A stretch of 64,000 bases of DNA from Eledone cirrhosa (GCA_964016885.1 OZ024743.1:289726001-289790000); one strand, 5' to 3'; numbered from the stretch's first letter, positions 27,041 to 40,959 are shown. Translations and numbers: made by a program. The notes: a model not told the origin generated them from the letters alone.

Positions 27041-27465
27041 TGTGTGTGTGTGTGTGTGTTTGCATGTGTGTGTGTAGATATACAATGGGGAGAGAAAAAA
27101 CTAAATACAGGGTAGATTAATCATATTTTATTAAAACTCTGCGTTTATACCGGCAAAGTAGGGTCGGAAACTCCGTTTTTAAGTATATTTATCGATTACC
27201 CTGCGTCGGCAAGATGGTGTAGCACAAGTCACTGGTATATATGTCGGTGGTTCAGGAATATTGTTTATCACTGTAGGTGGCAATCTGTATGAACACTCGA
27301 GGCTATATTAGAGTAATATTATGAGATAACGACGTTTAACTTTAAAATGTATTTATTGCAAATCGGACGTTACGAGTGTTTCAGAGATGAATATCTCTAA
27401 TTTGTTTCAATGTAATAAACCTGAGACGAGTATTAAATTAATCTGCTCATCAAACGAGTGGACTA

Positions 27466-27725
27466 AAAAAAAAAAAAAATCAAGTTAGACGTCGTGGAGC
27501 CTGAAGCACTCCTTCCAGCAAGTCGTGTGAGAAGCAACCGTCTCTAACAGATCTGGTTGGAACCCCAACCATCTTGCACGGGATCTAACCCTAGATCTCC
27601 CACCGGTTGTTTTTGCCCGTAAAATTTGTCCAACGGTTCTTTCTTGAGTCAGTCTAGCAACATGCTCATATTAACCAAGCTGTAATCTCTTCAATTCGAA
27701 GAAGTAGCTTCTTAACCTGGAGTGA
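27466..27725 (-). mobile_element. RTE-like LINE 3' fragment
   Basis: Minus-strand peptide RLQL..YEHVARLTQER…ILRAKTTGGRSRVRSRARW resembles the RTE C-terminal WxGHVxR…GxRxRGRPRxRW motif. Confidence 0.6.
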
Positions 27726-27794
27726 TGCACTATATCGAGCAAAGTTTGGAGCAACATAATTTCAGCTGCTTGTCTCCGCGATCGTATCTCATAC

Positions 27795-27854
<60 letters not shown>

Positions 27855-27861
27855 TAGAGAG

Positions 27862-28060
27862 CGGTAGAACACTGGAAGGTAATATTCGTAGTGGTAGAGC
27901 ACTCAGTCCATGGGACGAGTATGGTGGAAGTAGTAACACAACAGTTAGTTCACCATACCGAGAACAATTGTTTCACATTAGCGGATCTTCAGCTGAAGAT
28001 CCGTTAAGGTGAAAAAATTTGTTCTCGGTATGGTGAACTAACTGTTGTTTTACTACTTCT
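27862..28060. mobile_element. Palindromic hammerhead-bearing mini-element (same family as 43387-44165 and 46700-46900)
   Basis: Inverted arms 27927-27992 and 27993-28059, centred on ttcag|ctgaa; (TA)n on both sides. Confidence 0.85.
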
Positions 28061-28576
28061 ATATATATATATATACGTTTAAATAATTTTCTTCTGAACA
28101 AGCAACTTGTAGTTATAGTGCCCCATACGGATTTAGGCATTTACCAGTGCCAGGACCAGAAAGATGTTATATTTTAGAACATAGTTTATTGTTAAAAATG
28201 TTGAAGTCAATTTTAACTCTACTGGGGAATACTTATAATCAAAGTTGTTATAATATTTAAAATCTAGGCTTTTTAGAAATATTTTGAAACACATTATCTA
28301 ATGTGTCTTCCCATTTTTAATAAAATAAAATATGGAAGTAAATGATTCATGGGTAGGTTCCTCATTCATTCCCCTTCTATTCTACAAGTATAGTGACTAA
28401 GTATACGATGGTCTTTACAACAACAACATCCAATAACATTTATAATACCACTATACTTCTAAAGCCTTCTAAAGTTATCTGGAATTTACGAAAAGAACTG
28501 TCTTTAAATGAACTTGAATGTTCGTTTTGTGTTAGGTAGCGATAACTCTAACATAATAAAGCTGTATATGGTTCCA

Positions 28577-28672
28577 TATAGGAAATATAAGTATCTCTAT
28601 TATATATAAACACATTGTATATGGTTCCATATACAATGTGTTTATATATAATAGACATACTTATATTTCCTA
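28577..28672. repeat. Near-perfect AT-rich palindrome of about 95 bp
   Basis: taggaaatataagtat…aaacacattgtatatgg tt ccatatacaatgtgttt…atacttatatttccta. Confidence 0.85.
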
Positions 28673-29002
28673 ACCCCTCTGTAAGTAAGAAAGCTGCAAA
28701 AATGTCGCAGATAATTTATGCGTTACGGTGCTGAAGTATAGAACAGAAGAGACTGTCGTAGCATAATATCTAATGGCTCAGATCCCATTAAAGTTAGTAA
28801 ATGAAAAAGTATATTGTTTTGTACTAGAATGAGTTTATTAGAATTTGAGGCGTATCCTTTATTGTTATATTTAAAAGAGAAAAAAAATCTTTTGGTATTT
28901 GGAGTATTTGCTTATTCGAAGATGAAATACACGGACACAAAATACGAATCAGACCAATCAATGTTTGTCATGGACAATATGTAAATTCCACCATAGTACA
29001 AT

Positions 29003-29190
<188 letters not shown>

Positions 29191-29280
29191 CACGCCGAAA
29201 CATTTGTATATATGCACTGACAGGACATCTGAGTTTTTAGATATTATCTCCGCACATAGGCTATAAATCTATCCTTGCCC

Positions 29281-29321
<41 letters not shown>

Positions 29322-29324
<3 letters not shown>

Positions 29325-31832
29325 CTATTTATAGTTATGTATATACTATAAACAACTATAAACAGGAAAGGTCAGTAATTTCCTACTACCTTATTACCAG
29401 TAAGAGAAATAGCTCAATGTAAGAACATCAGTTGTTTTACAGAGCAGGAAAATAAATTAGTTACAACATTATTTCTCACAATATGTCCATGAGGAAGAAT
29501 AATAAAAGTACTACCCACTATAACTCTAAGACGAAGGGTAATATCAAACTTAACTCACACCAAAGTGAACACCACGAAAATAATATAAACAGGAATACAA
29601 ATACCTCAACAAACCTTACAAAAAACAAAAATAGAAGAAGAACTAATACATTCTTCAATCCCCCTTTCAATCTAAACGTCTCTACCAACTTGCCTAAGGC
29701 TTTCTTCTCAATCTTGGAAAAAAACTTCCTATCCGTACCATAATCTTATCAATAAAAATACCATTAAAATCTCTTACTCTACCACACCTAACACCGCATA
29801 CCATATAGCTAGTAGTAGTAAAAGGAAAATTAATAATTATTTCCAGCTAATTAAAACACATGAGGTAAACTTAGTACCTGTAAACCATAGTAGTAATAAT
29901 AGTAATAATGGTAATAGCACTAATGAAATCAATAACAATAGGAATGATAACCATCATTACCCTAATGCTATCCCTAGCAACCAGACTTCTACACAACATA
30001 GTAACCGGCAAGCAAACATTCAGAATACATGTAACTGTAGAACTAATAAAACTTGTCCCTTAGGTAATAATTGCTTAACCAAAGACATCATCTACTCATG
30101 CACTGTCAACGCAAACAAATCTTCTAAAACATATATTGGCTCTACTTCGAACTACTTCAAGACGAGATACAACTCGCACCTCCACTCTTTCAAAAAACAC
30201 AATCTAGCCAACTCCACTTCTTTATCTAGCTACGTTCACTCTCTGAAAACTAGGAATATACCATTTACACTTCAATGGGAAGTAGTAGGGCCACATTGTA
30301 TAAACCACCGAATAAATTTTGTAATCTCTGTCTTATAGAGACCCGTACTATAATCTTTTTCGAAACTAGACCTCCTAAATAGAAAGTCAGAAATATTTTC
30401 CGCATGCCAACACCACTACCGACACTCGTTCCATAACTTTAAACCTAGCTGCTAGTATATAACAATGTCAGATTTGAATTCCTCACCACCATTAACACTT
30501 CACATCTAGGACTTATCAGCCCCCACAGCAACACACTCTTTGATCAGCTCTTTCCTCTACACAACTATTTATCACTAACCTTATACTCTACAATAACTGT
30601 TAAAATTAAGCATAAAGTTACCACCTTTTGATATAACTACTATAGCTTAATTATATTATATACAGTAATGGATATATAAAATGTAGAGACATTTAATGTC
30701 ATATGTAATAATAAATTATATATACATTTATAATTAAATATTTAAATTAATAGCATGTATATAAGGGATTTACTTTTAACACAATATAATTATAATAAAG
30801 TATATATACATTCATAACTAAATATATAAAGTAATAGCATTGTATATAAGGGATTAACGTTTAACACAATAATGTATATTATTATACATTTGATATAACT
30901 AATTGGACATGTAAAGAGCTATACAATTTTTCCATAACATATATCTCGTCCAGTAATGAATAGATAACAATCTAATGAGATCTTTAATGTGTTATAGGAA
31001 AATACACTGTATTTAAAATTAAGTATAAATATATAACATTATGTAATAGAGATTCACTTCTATCACATTAGAATGTGTATTAGAGCAAATCATTTAAATA
31101 ATTGAATTTAATTAGCTAGTTACCTCCCCTTACGCATTAGATCCCCTTAAACTTGGATCAATACTCACTTCTGGAAATTAAACCGTTGGAAAAACTACCT
31201 GTTGAACAACTATAATTCATGAATAAGAATACAATAAGACTAATTTACAATCCATTGCTTTAACTAACTTAAAACATTCAATATAAACATTAACTAAAAT
31301 ATAATTCAACATATGTAATGGAAAGCACTGCAGTAACTTTGTTTTTCTAAACACACACAAATTCGAACACTATCAACATATTACATCCGCCATAGATTTT
31401 AATACATTAACATATTTGCTTACCATACAGTATTTATTTATCTATATATGCATAATACCTTTGCTTATTTCCTTCTCATATATATGACTAACGCTTGTGC
31501 ACTTTCTACACGTTTGCATATGTACTGCTAATGTACTATTCCTCTCTCAATGCTTTTTTCTCAATGACTCTTTAATTATTAGACTATTCTCTTGTATTAT
31601 CTGTTGCATGTATTCCACTCTGTGCTTTTAATTTGAATTATTGTACAATTATTGTATAATATATGTCGCATCTAGTACACCCTGTAAATACGAAACTGTT
31701 GCTCACAACATCAATAGGAGGTTAATTATAGGTACAAACATTGATAATGCTCCGATGATCCCAAACGAAAGTTTGGAAGAAACGATTGTCAGCTATTAAA
31801 TGATTTTTACACAACTCTGATAATTGTCTAAT
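29322..31832 (+). mobile_element. 5'-truncated Penelope-like element (linker, GIY-YIG, long 3' UTR with hammerhead) between (TA)n tracts
   Basis: FFNPPFNLNVSTN, CNCRTNKTCPLGNNC, IIYSC…YIGSTSNYFKTRYNSH, CNLCLIE, LLNRKSE…CQH (about 29630-30455); hammerhead at 31745. Confidence 0.85.
31745..31798 (+). ncRNA. Minimal hammerhead motif (CCGAUGA variant)
   Basis: Stem I taat-gct/agc-t-atta; stem II ccaaac-gaaa-gtttgg; GAAAC-gatt-GUC. Confidence 0.7.
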
Positions 31833-31937
31833 TTATATATATATATATAGTGAAAAATGGAACGGCAACAAAACAGAGATGCAGTACGAACCAAGGTTTA
31901 TTAGTTTCACGCTCTTGAGAATGGGGAGAGGGGTATG

Positions 31938-31985
<48 letters not shown>

Positions 31986-32201
31986 GGAAAGTGTACGTAC
32001 CTTCTGATGCCAAGTGTGTATACTTCTACACCTTAACTTTTCGACAATAAAAGAAAAATAGATTTCCACTATATAGCAATTATTCCGAAGGGCTATGTAA
32101 AATATGGAGTGTAGAATTATGTGTATTCACTAAATATACCCAATGAAGCATTTTATAAGTGGAAAGTAGGAATGTTATGAAGCCTGAACCGGGAATGTAA
32201 T

Positions 32202-32312
<111 letters not shown>

Positions 32313-32422
32313 GGTGACGAGCATACTGATATGCTTTTCCATACACAAAATAATTAAATACACAAATAAGTATGAATATTATATATGTATATATATAATG
32401 TACAAAGCCGATTTTTCGGCTT

Positions 32423-32506
<84 letters not shown>

Positions 32507-32508
32507 TA

Positions 32509-32561
<53 letters not shown>

Positions 32562-33050
32562 GCGAATACACACATACACATATGTATAAGTACACACACA
32601 CATATGTTTATGCATACATATACGGTTACTAGTGGAGTCCATTTAAGATTATTACAGATAGATTATTCAAATTTCGATATATGTTACAATTCCACTTAGA
32701 GCGATATCAGATGAAAATAATAATGTAATCTGGATAGCATTATGTTATAAGTTATAAAAGACGGAGGCATTTTTGCCCGACGACAAAATTGTACTTAGCA
32801 AATTGTGGTTTTTAAACATATCCATTTCTAACACTTCTCACTTCTCATTTTAACAGTATTTGAGTCTTTCTGAGTATAGAAATACGTAAAGATATATGTT
32901 TGACTATTAGCATTTATTTGTGGATACGCAGACATACTCACATGATCATACACACATGTATATATATGTATATAATGTATATATATATATATATAATAAA
33001 TAAATAAATAAATATATATATATATACACGCACACACACACACACACACT

Positions 33051-33130
<80 letters not shown>

Positions 33131-33220
33131 AATACTGCTTATTTTCAGTAAACCTGAATAGCATAGTTGCACTCGTAGTATTTCGCTATATAATTATATA
33201 TATTGAGAAAGATAAGAAGG

Positions 33221-34113
33221 TTTTTTTTTTTAAATACACCTATAAGAACATAAACAATAAAAATAGATAATAGCATTTGTATGTGCCATGAGGAATAAAT
33301 ATTTATGACAGGAAAATATTAAAATAAAATATTTAGATACACGTACACGCAAACAACCGCTGCAGCAATCAAGCTAGGCACGAAGATTACACTTCTAGAA
33401 ACAGCTACGCAATCTCCCTCGATCTACACTTTTTTGTTACAAAAGAAAGAACACAATTAAGAAACAGACCCACATCAACTGAATTAAACACTGTGTATAT
33501 AAAAACCATTAATCTGGATACCTAAATATGGAATGTTACGCGATGCCCACCCTCCACACAGCCCCGGTGGACAGGATGGAGAAGACGTTCTCACGGAGGA
33601 CGGCAAGGGAGACGCGCTGGAAAAGCCACTCCAACTCGTGGGGTTTACACCAGCGGCTGGCCAGCTCAGCGCCTATGGTGGTGAGTAGGGAGGTAGCCCT
33701 GGGGCCGAGGACAGCAGAAGTCTCCACTGCCAGGGGTACAACCGAAAACCTGTCGGAGAGCGACCGGTATTTGAGGAGCTTGGCCTCCTCAGCCCGACAT
33801 GCAGCAGAACCTGGGTTAGTCGCAGACTGCACCAAGTTGCGGCTGCAGAAAGTGTCGGTGCAAGTGGCATCCCAGATGAGGGATTTGCCACTGCGGAACG
33901 GGAAGATGGTCATGCCATCTGGCCTTTTGCCGTCCCCTAGTCCAGCCCCACCGGCTAGAGCTGGGAAGGAAAGCCCACAGCGTCCAAGCCATGCTTTATG
34001 ACCTCGTTGAGGGCAGAATGGCATGGAAGGCGGCCGGCAGTTTGGCGACAGGAAAGTGGGTGGAGGCCGAAAGAGTCCACGGTGGATCCGCAGCGACATT
34101 GGTGTGGCTACTG
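33221..34113 (-). mobile_element. 5'-truncated CRE-like (RLE) non-LTR retrotransposon with poly(A) tail
   Basis: Minus strand CRCGSTVDSFGLHPLSC…ALNEVIK, then DGKRPDG…LIWDATC…AEEAK..KY…PLAVET…LFQRVSLAV; T-run at 33221-33231 is the poly(A). Confidence 0.8.
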
Positions 34114-34724
34114 TATGGTCATAGTGGAGAGAGACGTCTAAGTAGTCGCCCGACATAGAGGAAATGACAGTTATATCTGTAAGAAATGAACACCTACAGT
34201 TAGAAGCAGAATGCACAGGTATATCGAAGAATATTGTACTTGATACACTAAAGAAATGATAGAATTTTCACTATTATTCCCATGGATCAGATTAGATGTA
34301 GGGCTAAATAATCTCACCAAGTGATAATCTTAAGAGAAATTAAAGAGAGATTTAAACATCCTCAAGTTCATCTTTCATTCCTTCATAGAACACGTTAATT
34401 GTTTAGTATTAATTTGTTTTAAGCTATTTCGCTGAATTTTGAATATATTTACTTAGTCATTTAATGACGTACCGTGTTGGGCTCCATACGGTTTCGGCAA
34501 CACATGATCTGTGTTCTATCTATACGATATTTTCTCTAGTTTCAAAGAATTCCCTGTTGAAGATGGAATAAATTCTTCCAATATTGGTTGTTTTTATTTA
34601 TTGAAATAATTAATATTGTCCTTTAATTCCAGAATCCATAGTTTGTGATACTATATAAGTCAAACTGACGTATTTTAGTTGATGTTGCTTATATCCCCAG
34701 ATTTTGCCTTAAGTTTAATACATT

Positions 34725-34832
34725 TAATTGTTTCTACTTTAGGCACAAGGCCAGCAATTACCCAGTCCATTACTGGTACTTTATTTTATCGACCCCGTAA
34801 GGATGAAAGGCAAAGTCAACCTCGGCGGGATC
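34725..34832 (-). mobile_element. Octopus-type SINE 3' part
   Basis: ttgtttctactttaggcacaaggccagcaatt…gaccccgtaaggatgaaaggcaaagtc. Confidence 0.75.
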
Positions 34833-34926
34833 TCCATGTTTTTTTTTTATATTATCTTTATATTTTACCTTTTCATTGAGATGTGAAAAGATGGCAAATA
34901 TTTGATACAGATAACGTTTTACTTTA

Positions 34927-34993
<67 letters not shown>

Positions 34994-35253
34994 CTCTTTA
35001 TATATATATATATACATTAATCTAGCTGTCGTCTGTTCGATAGCGTAGACGTAATTCACTTCGCGCAGAAGTTTTGTTCCAATTTATTGCGGAAATTTTG
35101 TAAGTTTAATTTTAATTTTGATACTATTGTGTAGATTGACCCCCCCGCCTGAACTGTCAGGCGGTGGGTCAGCTCATTTTCGCCCCTCCCAGGGGGTGAA
35201 AAACCTGTTTTTAAAAAAATTTTGTTGCATAAAATTTCAATCGTCTGAGAGAA

Positions 35254-37176
35254 ATGTTAAATGAAGCTAACGAAAATAGTGGTGGGGGGACAGCGGTAAG
35301 AATTGTAAGCTCGCACGCTTTAGTCCCCCCTTCCTTCCCAACTAACGTCATAGAGAAGGAAAGAAAAAATAAAATAAAAACTAACGAATGTGCGGAGAAA
35401 AATGTCAACGAAAACACAAATCTGGAGATTGATTCCAACAACAAAAAAAATTTGAAAGAATTGCATGACAATATTAATACCGCAAACAAAGAAACAACAA
35501 ACACAAAAAATAACATTTGAAAACAACAACATCATAATAGAAAGCAAAACAGACGACAAAGTCAACACCAATAACCTCTCAGTTGCACAAACAACAAAAA
35601 AATCTTTAACGTACATACCTGAAAATATTTCAGATGTGGCACAAAGAATAAAAAACGCCAAACGATTCATAACTCAAGGGGAAAATGGAGCCTTGTCGGT
35701 AAAAATGCCCCAAGAACTCACCAAAGATATTGAAAGTCGGACGGTCGTTTTCCGCACCATCAACAGCATCTCAAAAAAGCCGCAACAACCAACACAAGTA
35801 GAAATTAAAGCGGTACTTAGAGAAGTATGTAATGAAGCCACTTTCATAAGAAGAGACAGGCTGTATGGAAGCATGGCCATTATTATGAAGAACGAATCGG
35901 CGGCGAAAAAATATGCTTTGTCGCCGATTCGTTCGACAAATTTTACCTTTTATCCATCTTATATGGGTAAAAGAACTCAGCTCATATGGCTGGATGCGAT
36001 GATGCCAGATATGGACTACTGCTGGCTCATAGCTGGCTTCATCGATCCAGCGAATGACAACGTAATTCCATTGGGAAAACCACAGGCAATGCGTTCAGTG
36101 GAACAGGTATAGAACTTGTAGTGCAAATGAAGCCTGAACGCATTGCCCAAATACCCGACAGAATCCTATTAGAGGGCCACGGGTATATAAACATTAGCGT
36201 GGAGGGGAGAAAGCCGTCCTGTCATATCTGTGCAGGCAGAGGGCATCTGAAGGCGGCTTGTCCCCAACTCAACAAGAAGAAAACCCTGCTACCAACACCA
36301 GATCCACCATCACCACAACAGATAAACAAACAACAAAACTCAGTCCCACCCAACCCGTCCCTCAGTAAAACTACACCACCACCACAGCACAACCAGACAC
36401 AACACATTACCCAAAAACAAAACACAGTCCAACCCAACCCCTCACTCAATAAAACAACACAACCACCGCAGTCACAACACACAACACAGTCTAACATAGT
36501 GACATCCATCTCCCACACAAAGAAAACTAACACGGAAACACTACCAACAAACATACCTCTTCCCTCCAACACTGAAGATGACCCAACGAATTCGGAGGAA
36601 GAAATGGAGTCCTTCAGACAGATTAAAAGGAAAAAAAGAAAACATGTGCAAAACACACAAGGCCAAACAGCCCCTACCCAAATGTCAACACAATCCAACA
36701 AAACACAAAACACCCCTCCAGCAACAAACAAAACCAAACCTGCCCCTCCCCTCTTCGAAACACTCACACCATCCGAAAAAACACATTACACTATACTTAC
36801 ATCAACAGAAACAATAATAAATTAAATGAACTCATAAACAATAACCCTTCGGTACAAACCGAAGGGGTAAACTTTGTTTTTTCAGAAAACAACCCACAAT
36901 TAAAATTAATAAAGGTCCCAATGAACCTCTACCAAAAACTAAAAAAGGATTTTAAGGAGGACGTAGGACCACCCTCTGTCAAACCCATAAACAGCGTCCT
37001 CCTAAAAAGCTTTCCCCCTCTCCTTCCCCTCTCCTTCCCCTCCCCAACACAACTCCAAACACCCCAATCCCACCACACACTGACGACCCCACACTACCAC
37101 AAGACACCCCTTCACCCAACACCCCGGACCCCATGGAAGTCGTGCGACCCGAACCCCAGGGAGCAGAAAGGTAGGT
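35254..37176 (+). pseudogene. Tx1 ORF1, disrupted
   Basis: Pieces 35254-35520, 35465-36112, 36121-36825 and 36921 onward. ISVEGRKPSC… and …FKEDVG match ORF1 of the other copies. Confidence 0.8.
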
Positions 37177-37207
37177 CTCTACACTCTCCTTTGGCTTTGC
37201 CGCCCAC

Positions 37208-40200
37208 ATGGATGTGTTAAGAGTAGGATGTTTGAATGCACGTGGCCTGGGCTCAACTTGGAAGCAAGCAAAGCTTCTAAATGACCTCAGGTCACGTGGT
37301 ATAAATGTAATGGTTATCTGTGAAACTCGGATCAGCGTCGTGCGGCAGCTGGCCCCTACCTTCGATGACTTTGAGGTGCACGCATCTCTCTGTCAACCTG
37401 GAGGTGGGGGTGGGGTTGTCGTACTGCTGGAAAAACACCTAGGTCTCGCCGTACAGGTTGTTAACTCGGACTCGGAAGGTCGTTTGTTGGTGCTAGACGT
37501 TGGCAGTAGTGGAGGTGCGGCCTTGAGACTGGTCGCCGTCTATTCCCCTTTCGGAGCTGAACGACCCGACTTCTTCCAGCATCTGGAGACTTTTCTGGGA
37601 ACGTCGCGTTCCCTGCTTCTAGCGGGGGACTGGAATGACATCCTAGATGCACGTTGGGACTATGCAGGAGCATGTCCTAATAGAGGGGGGAGTAACAGCC
37701 TCAAGGGGTTACTCGACCGTTTTAACTTGGTCGATAGATATCGACTAGATTTTCCAACTGTGCCAACCTGGACTTGGACGAACCACAGTGGTCAATCAAG
37801 TTCGTACTTAGATTGATTCTTAGTTAGAAGTAAGTATAGGGACATATTAAGCTGTCCAGAAATGCTCAGGGTTGGCTATACAGATCAAAAATTAGTGACC
37901 TGCGTAGTCAACCTCGAGAGAACACATAGACAGGGTCCCGGTTACTGGAAACTTAATTTATCTTTACCGGCAAAAGAGGCTTACAGAGACCGAATTAGCA
38001 GATTAGTTAAGGAGGGTTTGACGGGTGCAATCGTCAACAACCGATGGTGGGCATCTCTCAAAAGAGAGATTAGAACAGAATCAATAAGTTATAGCAAGAT
38101 GTTAGCTGCCGATAGGAATAGGAACGAGAAAGAATTAACAGGTAAATTAGAAAAGGCAATTAAGAGCGAAGATGTGGCCAGAGTGCTGGCATCGAGGACG
38201 GCCTTGAGCCAGTTTTTCGTAAGTAAAATACGTGCTCTAGGTAATGAGGGGGCCAAAGCCGTTGGCTGGGCCCGCGTGACAGAAGCTAAGAGTGGAAATC
38301 GATCGACCATCCGGTCTTTGAAAGACGAGGATGGATGGGTGATCCGGGAGCTTAAGCAGATGTGCGAGGCCTTTCAAAGGCACTTTGCCCGATTGTTCGG
38401 GGGAGGTGGGGGTCCGGGCGGGGACGTGGATTTCGGTCCATATCTCGACGGCCTGCCGCGTCTCTCGAGCGAAGAGGCAGAGTCCTGCGAGGGACCAATC
38501 TCTGCTGAAGAGATCGGGGATGCGCTGAGCCAATGCAGCAGACGCAAATCTCCAGGTCTCGATGTTATACCTTACGAACTTTATTTAGCAATGCCGGTCT
38601 TCTTCTCCGAACTCCTCGAAGCAGTCTACTGCAATTGGCAGCAGAACGGGAGAATTCCTTGTTCTGTAGTGAAAGGCGTAGTCTCGCTGGTGAGGAAGGA
38701 CGAGAACAAGTGGGATAGTATAAATAATTTTCGGCCCATAATCCTGCTAAACACAGAGTTAAAGATTTTGGCCAATGTGTTAGCAAAGAGGTTGGCGCTT
38801 GTCGTGGGTAGCCTGGTGGGAGATGCACAGACATGTGCTATCCCATCCAGGTCCATTCACGACAACCTCCACCTCATGCGATACATCATAGAGAGGGTTG
38901 GCAACACACCCGGCTTCGGTGGGGCCCTGATCAACTTGGATCAGTCTAAGGCGTTCGATAGGGTCGACCATGGTTACCTGGATGCGGTGCTAGCGGCGGC
39001 TGGGTTCGGTCCTGTTTTCAGAGGCTGGATCACTGCCTTACATAGCAACCACATCTGTTCTAGGATGAAGGTGAACGGCTACCTTTCGAAGCCCTTCGAA
39101 ATCACACGATCCATTCGACAGGGGTGCCCTCTCTCCCCCACTTCTGTACGTATTGACTCTAGACCATTTACTGAGGAAGTTGGAGTTGTTGCAGGGTATC
39201 CCCCTGGAACCAGGTTTAAGCAAAGCGGTGTCGGCCTACGCCGATGACGTAACAGTAATGGTATCGACCGATACCTTACTGGAGGAATACGAAAGGTTGT
39301 CAGGAGCGGAACTGAACCGGGAAAAATCCATCGGGCTGCAACTCGGAACGTGGAGAGGCAGACCCATGCCTCCCGACGGTGTCGTCGGACACTGGACGGA
39401 GGGCCCGGACCTCCAGGTGGAAAAGAACTGGGGCGAGGTCACGAGCAAGGTGTTTGCACTGACCCAGAAATGGGCCAAGTGTAAGCTGTCCCTGAAAGGT
39501 CGGGCGGAAGTGGCGAACATTTACATAGCGTCCGTCACCTACTACCGCCTGACTGTCGTGCCTTGCCCTAAGGAAACACTCACCACCATGGAACGCATGC
39601 TCTTTCAATTTCTTTGGAAGAAGCGCCCTCCTATGGTGAGAAGATCCATCTGCTTCCAACAACCTTCGAAAGGAGGGCTGGGGATGCCGTGGTTGATGAT
39701 GCGTAGGCACGCATTAAAGCTACGGCACCTACAGGTATTCCTCACTGGTCAACCGGTGTGGGCTCCGTTCGTGAGACGAGCCTTTCCGAGACTCGTCTCG
39801 CTCACGGAGCTGCAGTCTTGGGTCAAGCAAAGATCCGGAAAACTGGGCGACTGGCACACTGAGTGTGCCCAGGCGCTCAAGGCTCTCTGGCAAGCGGACC
39901 CGGCCATCGGTGGAGAATCCACCTCGTCATTCTATAGTGGGCTGGTGGCTAGCAGGGGCGATGACAGCCTTGGAGAGTCGCTGGACATGGAAGAGGACGA
40001 ACTGGCCAGCCTGTTCGGTAGGACTTTCGGCCCGGGACCAATGGAGAACTTCCAGAAGTCAATGGCCTGGCAGTGCTACCGGGGGGCTCTACCCGTTCGA
40101 GAAAGGCTCTACAGACACGGGCGCCCGGGCAGGGATCCCTTGAAAAAGATTTGCCCTAGATGCGTGCGTCACGAAGAAACCGTTGCGCACGCATTGGTGC

Positions 40201-40568
40201 ACTGTCCGGGCATGGCTGATCTATGGGGCTACGCCGAACGACTGCTGTCGCGGGTGGCGTCGATTCGATTGACCGCCGAGTCCGTGATAACAATCAAGCC
40301 GCCTCCCCTCTTCACAAAGGAAGCAAAGGCGGTTTTTCGATGCGTAATAGCCATGTTGAAAGAGGTTGTTTGGTGGACATGATTGAAAGGTGTGAAGTCA
40401 AGCAACTTACTCTCTGGCCATAGTCTGGTCTACCTCTTCCGATATCACTTCGGAAGAAGGATAAGAATGGAGAGAGAGGTGCTTGGCCACAAGCAGTTTT
40501 ATGAAAGGTGGGTGATAGTGGCGAGAATGGCTCGTGTAAATGGGCCTTCTCTGTATACCATCCTGTAG
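37208..40568 (+). pseudogene. Tx1 ORF2 (APE-RT-ZnF), disrupted
   Basis: Pieces 37208-37816, 37862-39247, 39153-40382 and 40383-40568; YADD; CPRC…HALVHC. Confidence 0.92.
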
Positions 40569-40778
40569 GTAAAGAAGTGAAGGACGGGAGCACCTTCCCC
40601 ATGTACTCCTCGAGCAAAGGATTGCACACTTTTTCGGGGGTGTGTGCAACCCCCATCACGTCCCCTCCCTTTTGAGGTTGTCTTTGATTATTTTCATTTT
40701 ATACCCTTTTTACTCGGTTTTATGTAAACTCCCCCTTTGTATTTGTCCCTTCTTTTTATACCTTTATGGTAAATAAAG

Positions 40779-40854
<76 letters not shown>

Positions 40855-40897
40855 GATATATTAACAAATGGAAACTATATTTATAAAACCATATTTC

Positions 40898-40959
40898 TTT
40901 CATTATACATATTTCAAGGACACCAAGTTAAATTATGGTGTGCTTTCATCAGATAAAAT
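40898..40959 (-). ncRNA. Minimal hammerhead motif (family also at 43251 and 48825)
   Basis: Minus strand: ttttat CUGAUGA aagcacacca…ttggtgtcctt GAAA tatgt AUA atgaaa. Confidence 0.7.

Larger units (their letters stand above)
35017..40782 (+). mobile_element. Full-length degenerate Tx1/L1-clade element (third family) between (TCTA)n/(TA)n and (TA)n
   Basis: ORF1 knuckle CHICAGRGHLKAAC; ORF2 APE-RT-ZnF; terminus GGTAAATAAAGAAAT(AT)n. Confidence 0.92.
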
